Positions 43,343 to 53,250 of a stretch of DNA of 64,000 bases are shown one piece after another. The notes beneath the pieces were generated by a model. That model was not told the origin of the DNA. It did no database searches and was given only the letters and a program-made list of their open reading frames with translations. Every line of letters begins with the position of its first letter. Position 1 is the first letter of the stretch. The stretch comes from a virus (Duplodnaviria; Caudoviricetes): positions 78 to 64,077 of the IMG/VR virus record IMGVR_UViG_3300005673_000131; one strand, written 5' to 3'. The position numbers and the translations under genes were made by a program.

Positions 43343-45745
43343 GTGGCCAGCGCGACACTCGAGGCCCCGCACAGCTACACCAAAGCGCAATTCCCCAAGA
43401 AGCTACAACCTCTCTTCACTCCCTCTCGCTACAAGATTCTCCATGGCGGCCGCGGTGGCGCCAAGTGTCTTGCCCTTGGAACTCGCGTCATTATGGCGGA
43501 TGGCTCCTTGCGAGCCGTGGAAGATGTACAGCTTGGCGAGCAAGTTATGGGGCCTGATAGTAAGCCACGTACCGTGCTGTCTACCACTCGTGGAACCGGG
43601 CCTTTGTATCGGGTCGTGCAAACATCTGGCATGGCCTATGTGGTGAATGAACACCACATTCTGTCGCTAAAAAAATCAGTGTCGTCGAAGCGCGATGTGC
43701 GACTCATGCCAAGCGGCAATCTACGCTCCCCTCAAGGACGCTATCCTGATTGGGAAGATACGACCAATATCTCTGTCAGTGAGTTTGTTCGGCAAAGTAA
43801 ACAATGGCAGTCACATTTCCTTGGCTATCGTGCGGGTCTACTGAACTTTGATAAACGCGCCATCGATATAGAGCCGTACTTGCTTGGTCTGTGGCTCGGG
43901 GATGGTACGGGTCGCGAGTTGCGCATTACCTCCGCTGATGAAGAAGTAATTGCGTATTGTCGAGAGTATGCGGCAATGCGGAGTGGATCATGTTCCGTGA
44001 TTCACAAGCCAGGACACAAAGCCAAGGACATTGGCCTCTCTCTGCGTCATGGTCGATATAACAGTTTATGGGAACCGTTCAAGCGATACAGCCTTAAGAA
44101 TAATAAACATATCCCTCATGACTATCTTACGAACAGTGAAGAGGTACGATTAAAGCTGCTCGCTGGATTGGTGGATTCTGACGGTGCAAAGCATCATGGT
44201 GGGTATGTCATTGCACAGACAAATGAACGGCTCGCGCGTGATATCAAGTATCTAGCGGATACATTGGGATTTCGCACGAGTTTAAACCTGCGCAAGACTG
44301 TGTGTTCGAATAATGGGGCATGTGGGGTGGCCTGGTATGTCTCAATCAGTGGCGATACGTGGCGCATTCCATGTCTAGTACCGCGTAAACGCGTCGATGT
44401 TGGGGAGTTGCGAAAAAACAAGAACTTCCTTTTGTCACAGGTATCGGTTGAGCCGGTCGGTGAGGGTGAATGGGCGGGTTTTTCCTTGGACGGCGATCAT
44501 CTTTTCCTCTTGGAAGATGGGACGGTGACGCATAACTCCTGGGGTGTGGCTCGCGCACTCTTGATCAAGGGCGCGTCTCAGCGGCTCCGTGTGCTGTGTT
44601 GTCGGGAAGTCCAGGACAGCATCAAGGATTCGGTGCACAAGTTGCTCAAGGACCAAATTGAGCTATTGGGCATGGGGTCTGTGTACGATGTCTTGCGCGA
44701 TGAAATTCGCGGCCATAACGGAACGGAATTTCTCTTCTCTGGGCTCTCTGATCTGACAGCCGAATCCATCAAGTCGTTTGAGGGTGTCGATATCGTCTGG
44801 GTCGAAGAGGCCCAGTCGGTCAGCAAGAATAGCTGGACGATCCTGATTCCGACGATTCGCAAAGAGAAGTCTGAAATCTGGATGACGATGAATATCATCC
44901 TGACGACCGACGACACCTACGTGCGCTTCATCGAGAACACGCCTCCCGATTCCATCGTGATCGAAATCAACTACCGGGACAACCCGTGGTTCTCGACCGT
45001 GCTGGATCAGGAACGATTGCACTGCAAGGCGACGGAGACCCAAGAAGAGTACGAGCATATCTGGGAAGGCAAGCCGCGTATTACGCTGGCCGGTGCCATT
45101 TATGCGCGGGAAGTGGCCGCGATGATCCGCGAAGGCCGCTATGCGCCCTGCCCCTACGACCCTCGCCTGAAGGTGCATACGATCTGGGACCTCGGCTGGA
45201 ATGACGCAATGGCGATCGGCCTGGTGCAGCGTGCGCGCTCGGAAGTCCGGTTCATCGCCTACTACGAAGACTCGTACAAGAAAACCGATGAGTGGGCGGC
45301 TGAACTCAACAAGCTCCCCTACAACTGGGGCTGGGATTATTTGCCGTTTGATGGCTTCTCGCACGATCGCCGATCCGGCTCAAACGACTACAAAATCCTG
45401 AAAGCCTTCGGCCGCAAAGTGAAACCGGAGAATGAATCCATCCCCAAGATGGATCTCGAATCCGGCATTCGTTCCGCGCGCAACATGCTGGCCGTCACGG
45501 TGCTGAACAAGGGTGGCGTCGGGATCGATCGGCTCATGGAAGTCTTGAAGCGCTATCGGCGGCATATTTCGAAGACGACCAATGAGCCCGGCGCGCCGGT
45601 GCATGACGAGTTTTCCCACGGGGCGGACATGGTTCGGCATACGTCGCTCGTGCGAGACAAATTGAGCAATGAGGATGAGGGGATGCGGAGACCGGTTGTG
45701 CAGTCTGCGCGGCCGATGGATTCATCTATGGGCCTGTTGGGGTAA
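43343..45745 (+). CDS. terL: Terminase large subunit (PBSX/P22-like) containing an intein
   Basis: HGGRGGAK/S Walker A split by the intein; CCREVQDSIKDSV; VWVEEAQ Walker B; WDLG nuclease motif; HGADM. Confidence 0.95.
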   Translation: MASATLEAPHSYTKAQFPKKLQPLFTPSRYKILHGGRGGAKCLALGTRVIMADGSLRAVEDVQLGEQVMGPDSKPRTVLSTTRGTGPLYRVVQTSGMAYVVNEHHILSLKKSVSSKRDVRLMPSGNLRSPQGRYPDWEDTTNISVSEFVRQSKQWQSHFLGYRAGLLNFDKRAIDIEPYLLGLWLGDGTGRELRITSADEEVIAYCREYAAMRSGSCSVIHKPGHKAKDIGLSLRHGRYNSLWEPFKRYSLKNNKHIPHDYLTNSEEVRLKLLAGLVDSDGAKHHGGYVIAQTNERLARDIKYLADTLGFRTSLNLRKTVCSNNGACGVAWYVSISGDTWRIPCLVPRKRVDVGELRKNKNFLLSQVSVEPVGEGEWAGFSLDGDHLFLLEDGTVTHNSWGVARALLIKGASQRLRVLCCREVQDSIKDSVHKLLKDQIELLGMGSVYDVLRDEIRGHNGTEFLFSGLSDLTAESIKSFEGVDIVWVEEAQSVSKNSWTILIPTIRKEKSEIWMTMNIILTTDDTYVRFIENTPPDSIVIEINYRDNPWFSTVLDQERLHCKATETQEEYEHIWEGKPRITLAGAIYAREVAAMIREGRYAPCPYDPRLKVHTIWDLGWNDAMAIGLVQRARSEVRFIAYYEDSYKKTDEWAAELNKLPYNWGWDYLPFDGFSHDRRSGSNDYKILKAFGRKVKPENESIPKMDLESGIRSARNMLAVTVLNKGGVGIDRLMEVLKRYRRHISKTTNEPGAPVHDEFSHGADMVRHTSLVRDKLSNEDEGMRRPVVQSARPMDSSMGLLG
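43466..44536 (+). mobile_element. Intein (357 aa) with LAGLIDADG homing endonuclease
   Basis: Starts CLALGTRVIMADG, ends HLFLLEDGTVTHN with Ser at +1; LLGLWLGDG and LAGLVDSDG blocks; lower GC. Confidence 0.95.
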
Positions 45746-45747
45746 GC

Positions 45748-45966
45748 ATGGCGAGTCGATGGGCACCGAAGAAGTTTGATCCGCATGAAATCCATGGACT
45801 AGCCCTTGATTCTGTCTGCCAATACTGCGGCGTACACATGATGGAAATCGAGACAGATCCCTACGTTGGCGCAAAGGGCTGGATGTGCGAAGCCTGCTTC
45901 TTCGGTGACACCAAACCGCATTGCGTGCCGCGGCCGTATGCCAAGCCTCGACAACGGAAAGGGTGA
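45748..45966 (+). CDS. Small Cys-rich protein
   Basis: CQYCG...WMCEACF...PHC. Confidence 0.5.
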   Translation: MASRWAPKKFDPHEIHGLALDSVCQYCGVHMMEIETDPYVGAKGWMCEACFFGDTKPHCVPRPYAKPRQRKG

Positions 45967-45996
45967 ACAGCGTGGACAACAACAGGAGGTCTCATC

Positions 45997-46227
45997 ATGC
46001 CAAGCATTGAAGACGGGTCTGGGTTCATTCTCCTCAGTGTGCCACAAGAAACACGTTCCTATGTCTTCCCGGGCGATCAGGTCGTCAACGTCTACAACGT
46101 GACCAAGATCAAGATCACGTCGGACGGCACGCACTATCTCGAAACCGCCGATGGCAACCAGCATGTGGTCGCGCCCGGCTGGATTTCCATGTCCGGCACA
46201 CCGGCCCCCTGGGTCTTTCAACCGTAG
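45997..46227 (+). CDS. Small beta-rich phage protein of unknown function
   Basis: GGAGG RBS; RSYVFPG...GTHYLETADG..HVVAPGW pattern recalled from other phages. Confidence 0.6.
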   Translation: MPSIEDGSGFILLSVPQETRSYVFPGDQVVNVYNVTKIKITSDGTHYLETADGNQHVVAPGWISMSGTPAPWVFQP

Positions 46228-46237
46228 GAGTATTCCC

Positions 46238-46576
46238 ATGAAACCGATCGTTTCCTATCGCCTCCTGGATTCAAAGCCTGTCGACGACACAACCGAACGG
46301 GTGCGCGTGGCGGTGACGTGCATGCCTCCCTGTGACGGCTTTCTTGGCGTGACCATGCAGTTCGATGTGCCGGCCGCGGTGCCCGCTGAGGCTCCCGCTG
46401 AGGGTGGCAAGAAGGGGCGGAAACGAGGCGCGGTTGAGTCCGAACTGGTCGTGAATACAGAGGCCAGGGATAAGGCGATTCGAGAGCGTGTGGCCTGGAA
46501 GGCGAATCAGGAGACGCATCTTGGGCACGATCCTAAGATGAAATTCTCCGAGGCGGATGTCGTGGTGGAGGCATGA
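46238..46576 (+). CDS. Hypothetical protein
   Basis: AGGAG RBS before MKPIVSYR. Confidence 0.55.
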   Translation: MKPIVSYRLLDSKPVDDTTERVRVAVTCMPPCDGFLGVTMQFDVPAAVPAEAPAEGGKKGRKRGAVESELVVNTEARDKAIRERVAWKANQETHLGHDPKMKFSEADVVVEA

Positions 46577-46885
46577 AGATCAGCGAAATTCCCAGCGAGG
46601 ACTTGGAAGGGCAATTGCTCGCACACATTGAGCGACATGCACGCCTGTGCGTCCCCGGGCACCAATCGCACGACGATGCGCTGTGGATGCGAGAGGCTGT
46701 TGAAGAACTCCGCTTGCGCCGACTGGCCAGGAGTGCGGGATGATCCTATTCGGAGCCCTCGTCATTCTCATGCTCGGAATTGCCGATTGCGACGCGCAAA
46801 AGACGAGACGCGAATATATCAAGGCTGGCATGTGCGAAAGCGGAAAAGATCATTGGCAGCCGTGTCACAGCAAGGAGCAGACTCC

Positions 46886-49378
46886 ATGACCTCCACCGTC
46901 GAACTCTCCCCCGACATCCAAGCCCTCTGCGATGAGTATCAGGCCATCGTCGATGCGGCGCATGCATCCCAACCGAAGCAGAAATCGCGTGTGCCGGAAG
47001 ATGTGCTGCGAGACTTGTGCGTCCTCTACACGCAGAAGCGGGATACGTTCGTGAAAGGCCGCCAGGCCTCGGGGATTGAAGACGTCTGGATGGCGGCGGA
47101 AGAGGCCTATGTCGGGATCGACGATGCGAACCGGCATGAGTACCGCACGGCCAAGTGGTGCAAGCCCATGACCAAAGAAGGGCCGGTGCAGAAGGAACTG
47201 CAGCCGGACCAGAAGGATATTCGCTCAACCGTCTTCGTCCGTTTGACGGCACGGTATGTCGATGCCGGAGCTGCGAAACTGGCCGAAATCCTCTTGCCTC
47301 CCGATGACAAGGCGTTCTCGATCGAGCCGACGCCGGACCCTGAGTTGATTGCCCAACAGAAGAGTGATGCCCAAGTGGTTGATCCGGAGACCGGACAGCC
47401 TCTTGAGCGGGACCCTCGGCCGGAAGAAGTGGCGTCGGCGGTTGCCTCGCCGCCGATTCCCTCGCCGTTGGCGGCTCCTGGTCCTGTCGCGCCTCCCCCT
47501 TCGGGCGTGCCGGGGATGCCAGGAGTTCCGCCAGCGCCGGGAATGGATCTCGCCAAGATGCCTGGTGTGCCGCTCAAAGAAAAAGACCTCGCACAAGAGC
47601 GGATGGAGAAGGCGAAGGACGCCGCGGAGAAGGCCGAGACGAAGATCTATGACTGGATGGTCGAGTGCAAATACACGCGCGAAGCCAGGAAGATCATCTT
47701 CGATAGTGCCAAGTTGGGGGTCGGCGTCTTGAAAGGGCCGTTCCCGATTGTGCAGAAGGTGCGCGCGGTCTCTCGAGAAGGCGGACGCTACACCATTCGC
47801 ATGGTCGAGAAGATCGTCCCCTGTCTCAAGCGCATCAGCCCGTGGGACTTTTATCCCGATCCGAATTGCGGCGAGAACATTCATGCCGGCAGCGCAATTT
47901 TTGAGCGCGACCTGATTTCTGAGCGGCAACTGGCCGCACTCAAGAAGGACCCCAGCTACCTTGCCGATCAGATCGACCAGGCCATCATCGAAGGGCCGTC
48001 GAAGAAATATGTCGATGATCATCGGGAAGTGACCACCTTGACCGATGAGCGCTATGAAATCTGGCATGTGAGCAGTGTCCTGTCTCGCGAGGACATGCTG
48101 TCACTCAACGCGCTGCGCCGGGATATTGATCGCGAGCAGGGCGATGGGGAATTGCCGGAGGAGATGCCGGAAATCAGCGTCTCACTCACGATGGTCAATG
48201 ATCGCATCATCAAGGCGGTGCCGAGTCACCTAGATAGCGAGCGCTTCACCTACAACGTGATGTCGTGGCAGCGTCGAGAGGGCCATTGGGCTGGGGTCGG
48301 CATCGCCGAACAAGGCTCAGCCCCCCAGCGTATCGTGAACGCGGCGACGCGCGCCATGCTCAACAACGCCGGGAAAGCGGCCGGTGGGCAGATTGTCATG
48401 GATCGGGAAGCGGTCGAGCCGGCCGATGGGCAATGGACACTCCTCGGCGACAAGCTCTGGTACAAGGGCGCCGAATGTGACGACGTGCGGAAGGCGTTTG
48501 GCCTCTTCACCTTCCCGAATTTCCAGGAGCCGTTGATGAATATCATCAACTACGGCATGCGGCTCATGGAGGAATCGACCAACATTCCGCTCATCACGCA
48601 AGGGCAATCGGGCGATACCACACCGGAGACGTTGGGCGCAACCGAACTGCAAAACAACAACGCGAACCAGCTGTTGCGGTCCATCGGCTACACCTATGAC
48701 GACGACATCAACGGGCCAGTGGTCGATCATCTCTACGAATGGCTCTTGCTCGATCCGGACGTGGACGACGACTGCAAGGGCGACTACAAGATCAACGCGC
48801 ATGGCAGCGCGTCCCTGGTCGAGCGGCATATCCAAAACCAATTCCTGGCGACCTTGGCCAATGCCGCGGTCAATCCGGCCTATGGGATGGACCCCAAGAA
48901 GTGGTCAGACGAAATCCTCAAGGCCAATCGCTACGACCCGCGCAAGCTCAAATACAGCAAAGAGGAACAGGAGAAGATCGACAAGACGCCGCCGCCGCCC
49001 CCACCGCAAGTCCAGGCCGCACAGATCCGGGCCCAGGTGGATCAGCAGAAGGCCCAGCTTGACGCGCAGACCAGAACGGAGATTGCCGCGCGAGATACGG
49101 ATCGCGATAAGGCCTATGTCGAGGCCGAGACCGAACGGACCACGAACGAGCATCAGGCGCGCATGGTCGAACTCAATCTGAAGCGCGAACTCGCCATGCT
49201 GGACTATGCCAACAAGCGGGAAATGACCCTGGAGCAAGTGAAGGCGGATCTCGCCATGAACACCCAGAAGCTCCAGGTGCAGCGGGAATTGTCGGAGAAG
49301 GATCGTGCGGCGGAAGTGTTGAAACCGCCAACGGAGCCGGAAGGTAGAGCGCCGGTCGGTCAATCATGGGAGAAATAG
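46886..49378 (+). CDS. Portal protein
   Basis: AAGGAG RBS at ATG 46886; ISPWDFYPDP, GVGIAEQ, LITQGQ, DYKINAHGS; C-terminal coiled-coil barrel; follows terL. Confidence 0.9.
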   Translation: MTSTVELSPDIQALCDEYQAIVDAAHASQPKQKSRVPEDVLRDLCVLYTQKRDTFVKGRQASGIEDVWMAAEEAYVGIDDANRHEYRTAKWCKPMTKEGPVQKELQPDQKDIRSTVFVRLTARYVDAGAAKLAEILLPPDDKAFSIEPTPDPELIAQQKSDAQVVDPETGQPLERDPRPEEVASAVASPPIPSPLAAPGPVAPPPSGVPGMPGVPPAPGMDLAKMPGVPLKEKDLAQERMEKAKDAAEKAETKIYDWMVECKYTREARKIIFDSAKLGVGVLKGPFPIVQKVRAVSREGGRYTIRMVEKIVPCLKRISPWDFYPDPNCGENIHAGSAIFERDLISERQLAALKKDPSYLADQIDQAIIEGPSKKYVDDHREVTTLTDERYEIWHVSSVLSREDMLSLNALRRDIDREQGDGELPEEMPEISVSLTMVNDRIIKAVPSHLDSERFTYNVMSWQRREGHWAGVGIAEQGSAPQRIVNAATRAMLNNAGKAAGGQIVMDREAVEPADGQWTLLGDKLWYKGAECDDVRKAFGLFTFPNFQEPLMNIINYGMRLMEESTNIPLITQGQSGDTTPETLGATELQNNNANQLLRSIGYTYDDDINGPVVDHLYEWLLLDPDVDDDCKGDYKINAHGSASLVERHIQNQFLATLANAAVNPAYGMDPKKWSDEILKANRYDPRKLKYSKEEQEKIDKTPPPPPPQVQAAQIRAQVDQQKAQLDAQTRTEIAARDTDRDKAYVEAETERTTNEHQARMVELNLKRELAMLDYANKREMTLEQVKADLAMNTQKLQVQRELSEKDRAAEVLKPPTEPEGRAPVGQSWEK

Positions 49379-50340
49379 TGGGCAACTCAGGGATTTACAA
49401 GATTGAGTTAGTGTCAAAGGGATGGGTCTATGTCGGGAGTGCAGTTGACCTTACTCGTCGGTTGTCACGACACATTACAGAGCTTAAGTATCACCGACAC
49501 TGCAATAGATTCTTGCAGAAAGCATGGGATGAGTACGGTGGTGAAGCTTTCGCATTTTCTGTCCTTGAGCGCGTTGCCGACAAAACCCAATTGATCGCTC
49601 GCGAGCAGTACTGGATGGATATCTTGGAAGTGTGTGGTCCGGCAGGATTCAACATGTGCCCTACGGCAGGAAGCGCGCTTGGTATCAAGAAGGATGATGA
49701 ATCGATACGAAAAACTGTCGCCGCGCACATTGGATCGAAGCGCTCAGATGAAACCAAGGAAAAGATTCGAATTGCTAGAGCTAGACAGCGAATTAGCGAG
49801 TCAACAAAGGCCAAATTATCAGAGAGAATGAAGGGGTGGAAGCCAAGCGCCGAAATGTTATCCCGTGCATTGGCTTCACGGTTAGGCGTCAAGCGATCAC
49901 CGGAAACAATTGCCAAGATGCGTATAGCCGCAACTGGGAGACCGAAGACACAATCGGAGATTGAAAAACTTCGCCTTGCCATGAAGGGCAGAAAATTGAG
50001 TGCCTTAGCATATGAAAAAAGTCGAGAGTATTGGTTGGGCAGAACTCATACGGAGGCAACCAAGCAGAAAATTTCAAAGGCTAGCGCGTCTCGGAAGCAT
50101 ACCGCCGAAGCGAGGGCGAAAATAAGCGTGTCACTTAAGGGAAGGCCTAAGCCTGAAGGTTTTGGTGCAAGAGTGGCAGCGCGGCTGCTAGGCGTAAAGC
50201 ATTCCCCGGAGCGATGTAAAAATGTGTCGCTAGCGTTGATGGGAAGAGTTATTAGCCAAGAAACCATTCAAAAGCGCATCGCCACTAGGCAAAGGAATAA
50301 AGCACAACGGGCTGAACCGGGGAAGAGTTTCCAGCAATAA
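49366..50340 (+). mobile_element. Freestanding GIY-YIG homing endonuclease with NUMOD3 repeats
   Basis: SGIYKIEL...VYVGSAVDLTRR; repeated H/R-S/T-x-E-T-K-x-K-I; lower GC; overlaps the portal stop. Confidence 0.9.
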
Positions 50341-50353
50341 CGAGGAGGCATCG

Positions 50354-50536
50354 ATGAGCACTCAAGCAAAAGAACTCTGCCCAGCCGTGATCACCATTCG
50401 AGGCGCATCTGAGATGACCAAGGCCCAGCGTAAGAAAATAGCTCAATGGCTACGGGATACCGGAGATTTTCTCGAACAAGAAGGCGAACGGTTCGCTGGC
50501 AAGTTCACTGGGCGGTTTCACGCGTTCAAGAAATGA
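50354..50536 (+). CDS. Hypothetical protein
   Basis: GAGGAGG RBS; 60 aa. Confidence 0.55.
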   Translation: MSTQAKELCPAVITIRGASEMTKAQRKKIAQWLRDTGDFLEQEGERFAGKFTGRFHAFKK

Positions 50537-50696
50537 CCGTGATGTTGACCTTTCGCCCACAATTCCGCCCAGGCATCACCGTTATTGTTACGCTCAATCG
50601 GCCAGCCGAATATGCGCATTTTGATGCTAGCACAAAGACGCTGATCGTCCTGACCGATGCTGGCGTGTATCGCATCGCCATCCCGAGTAGGCCGCA

Positions 50697-51146
50697 ATGA
50701 CCTGTCCGCACTGTGGAGGATCCAGCACTCTCGATGCCCGGGACGAAGCCGTTGAAGGCACGCGCTGTTGGACGAAGTGCATGAGTTGTGGGCATCGCTG
50801 GGATGCCGGCCGAGCCGAACGCTGTGCACATATGGAGACTGATCCCATGACGCAGAAATGCACCCAATGCAAAGAACCTGCGGCTGAAGGCCGCAAGATG
50901 TGCACGAGGCATGTCGAATATCATCGGGACTATGCCGCGCGTAGAGCCGCGGGGAAGATCCATCCGGTGAAGGCGGCTCCCGACGTGAAGGCTCTCACGG
51001 TCTCCACCGCACCGAAACCGGTTGCGCCCGTCGTACATATCGACGTGATGCCCACGTCGCTAGATCAAGCCATCGCGAAGGTGCAAGCCGAACTGGACGC
51101 GCTCAAGACGGCCAAGCGCGTGCTCGAGCGACTGGACGTCGCCTAA
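50697..51146 (+). CDS. Double zinc-finger protein
   Basis: CPHC...CMSC and CTQC...CTRH; C-terminal coiled coil. Confidence 0.6.
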   Translation: MTCPHCGGSSTLDARDEAVEGTRCWTKCMSCGHRWDAGRAERCAHMETDPMTQKCTQCKEPAAEGRKMCTRHVEYHRDYAARRAAGKIHPVKAAPDVKALTVSTAPKPVAPVVHIDVMPTSLDQAIAKVQAELDALKTAKRVLERLDVA

Positions 51147-51170
51147 CCCGTCACTCACCAAGGAAAGTCC

Positions 51171-51500
51171 ATGCCCAAATACATGACCATCCCCGAACGT
51201 ACCTATTTCTACGACGTGACCACCTGGGACGGTCGGAATCTCGTCGATCTTGAGAAGTTCATTGAAGACCATGGGGGAGATGCGGGCGTCGCCCTGGCGC
51301 GTCGCAACGATGGGATGCTCCTCGTCTTTTCGGATGGCACCTATCGTCCACTCACGGTCGGCTCGCTGTTGACCTGGAGTGAAGGCGGTCGCTTTGCCTG
51401 TGTCGATGCCTCGTTCCTGAAGAACAAGATCCTGGTCTCCGATGAACTCAAGGGCCAGATGGACGCGCAAGATCAACTCGCAGTGAAGGTCGCACGATGA
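51171..51500 (+). CDS. Hypothetical protein
   Basis: AAGGA RBS; 109 aa. Confidence 0.6.
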   Translation: MPKYMTIPERTYFYDVTTWDGRNLVDLEKFIEDHGGDAGVALARRNDGMLLVFSDGTYRPLTVGSLLTWSEGGRFACVDASFLKNKILVSDELKGQMDAQDQLAVKVAR

Positions 51501-51576
51501 GCCGACGCGAGTTTTTTCGTATGACCCAGGGAACCGTGCGGGTGCCGGGATTCTATGTGCCGGAACATCTCTTGGG

Positions 51577-51954
51577 GTGGATGAATGGGGTACTCACTGT
51601 CCCAAGGCAGTTTACTGGACATCTCCATCAGGCATGACCTGTCCTAAATGTGTGGGCCTTGTCGTACCAGAGTTTGATCCCGTCTTGATCGGCTGTCCGG
51701 TCTATTGTGTCAATTGCGGATGGAGAGGAGATTTACACATGACCAGTGATGATACGCGAGTGCGCAAGAAACGCGGCCGGCCTCCCCTGACACCGGAAGA
51801 ACGCGCGCGTCGCGCTGGGCCATCCTCCGACTTGCCTCCTGAAGAACTGAAGCGTCGACAAGCCATCTCAGCGGCCATGCGGCGATGCCACGCCAAGAAG
51901 GGCCATCGCATGACGCCCATTCCGGAGCCGCCCTCCCCCTCCCTCTCGATGTAG
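51577..51954 (+). CDS. Zinc-ribbon plus AT-hook-like DNA-binding protein
   Basis: MTCPKC...CVNCG; KKRGRPP. Confidence 0.55.
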   Translation: MDEWGTHCPKAVYWTSPSGMTCPKCVGLVVPEFDPVLIGCPVYCVNCGWRGDLHMTSDDTRVRKKRGRPPLTPEERARRAGPSSDLPPEELKRRQAISAAMRRCHAKKGHRMTPIPEPPSPSLSM

Positions 51955-52023
51955 TCTCGTACTTTTCACTGCTGAATTTATTCTAGTTCTCGAATTAACT
52001 AAAAATCGCTACGACTGGACTAT

Positions 52024-52233
52024 ATGTCCATCGATGCGTTGACGCTCACGCCCCTCGATAAAGCCTCGTCGCTCTGGATTCGCCTGCATGCGCACTACAC
52101 CGCACGGTTGAAAGACCTGCGCGAGCGCAATGACCAGGTGATGACCGAGGGGGAGCGCAACAAACTCCTGGGACAAATCTTTGAAGTGAAGAAGTTCTTG
52201 GCCATGGGCCAGGAGCCACGAGTCACGCTGTAA
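52024..52233 (+). CDS. Small head-associated protein
   Basis: RLKDLRERND...LLGQIFEVKKFL; typical gene between portal and scaffold. Confidence 0.6.
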   Translation: MSIDALTLTPLDKASSLWIRLHAHYTARLKDLRERNDQVMTEGERNKLLGQIFEVKKFLAMGQEPRVTL

Positions 52234-52305
52234 GGCCGCCCCATCACGGTACGGCCGGCAGGACATCCCCACGCTTTGGGCGCCGGGATGAGAAAGAGGA
52301 TGGTC

Positions 52306-53229
52306 ATGGGAGACGTCGAGACATCAGTTGCCACGCAGGAACCGGAAGCCCAGACAGACGCGCAAGCGGATGCGGACTTTGACGGGGGATTTGTTGCGGT
52401 CACGGCTGCGCCCACGGAGCCCACGGCTTCGCCGGTGGCAGACGAGCCCCAGACGGAGACGCCGGAGACGACCGAACCCGCTGAGCCTGCCACGGAACCG
52501 GCGCCTGAGTTTGTTCCGCTGACGAAAGCCCAGTACGACGAACTGTTGAGCAGTGCCGCCCAGGTCAAAGAGATCAAAGGCGCGCTGGAAAAGCAGTTCG
52601 GGACGGCCTTTGGGAAGATCGGCGGCATCGAACGGACCATTCGCGAATTGCAGGACGCCACGCCCAAAGGGCAAACGCTCTCCCTGTCTGAAGATGATTT
52701 CGAAGAGATGAAGGCCGATTTCCCCGACATCGCCAAGATGACGGTCGCGGGATTCAATCGGGCGCTCGCCAAGATCAAGGGGACCGGCCCGGCGACTACC
52801 GCCCAGCCGGCGCAGACGTTTGATCCCAAGCAGATCGACGCCCTGGTCACCGAGCGTTTGGGCCCAGAAATTACCAAGGTGCGACAGGAAGTGCGGCAGG
52901 AAGCGGCCATGGATGTGGTCGACTCGCTCAATCCTGGATGGCGCAAGACCGTGAACACCCAGGAGTGGAAAGACTGGGTGATGGCGCAGCCGGAGGAGGA
53001 GCGACAGACCATTCTCAATAGCTGGCGGCCGTCCGAAGTCCTGTCCGCCCTCACGAAATTCAACGAACACATCACTGCGGCCAAGAAGCCTGCGCCCAAA
53101 CCGAAGGCAGACCCCAAGCCCAATCGATTTGCGTCCAACGTCGCGCCGAAGAGTGCCGGGGGTGTCTCCCCGGCACAGCCTGACGAAGACGATTTTGACG
53201 TGGGGTTCAAGAAGGCCGCGGCTCGATAA
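52306..53229 (+). CDS. Capsid scaffolding protein
   Basis: Acidic Pro/Thr-rich N-terminus, ends DDFDVGFKKAAAR; directly before the capsid gene. Confidence 0.8.
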   Translation: MGDVETSVATQEPEAQTDAQADADFDGGFVAVTAAPTEPTASPVADEPQTETPETTEPAEPATEPAPEFVPLTKAQYDELLSSAAQVKEIKGALEKQFGTAFGKIGGIERTIRELQDATPKGQTLSLSEDDFEEMKADFPDIAKMTVAGFNRALAKIKGTGPATTAQPAQTFDPKQIDALVTERLGPEITKVRQEVRQEAAMDVVDSLNPGWRKTVNTQEWKDWVMAQPEEERQTILNSWRPSEVLSALTKFNEHITAAKKPAPKPKADPKPNRFASNVAPKSAGGVSPAQPDEDDFDVGFKKAAAR

Positions 53230-53250
53230 CACGAGAAGGAGACCTCTCGC

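Noticed and set aside
46628-46885. Longer N-terminal extension of the portal given by the ORF track
   Set aside because: ATG 46886 has an AAGGAG RBS and the extension overlaps a small upstream ORF; similar corrections were applied to 1242, 2858, 3907, 34940, 36161 and 61438
51497-51637. MSRREFF twin-arginine-like start in a 46-aa ORF
   Set aside because: No hydrophobic h-region follows, so it is not a Tat signal
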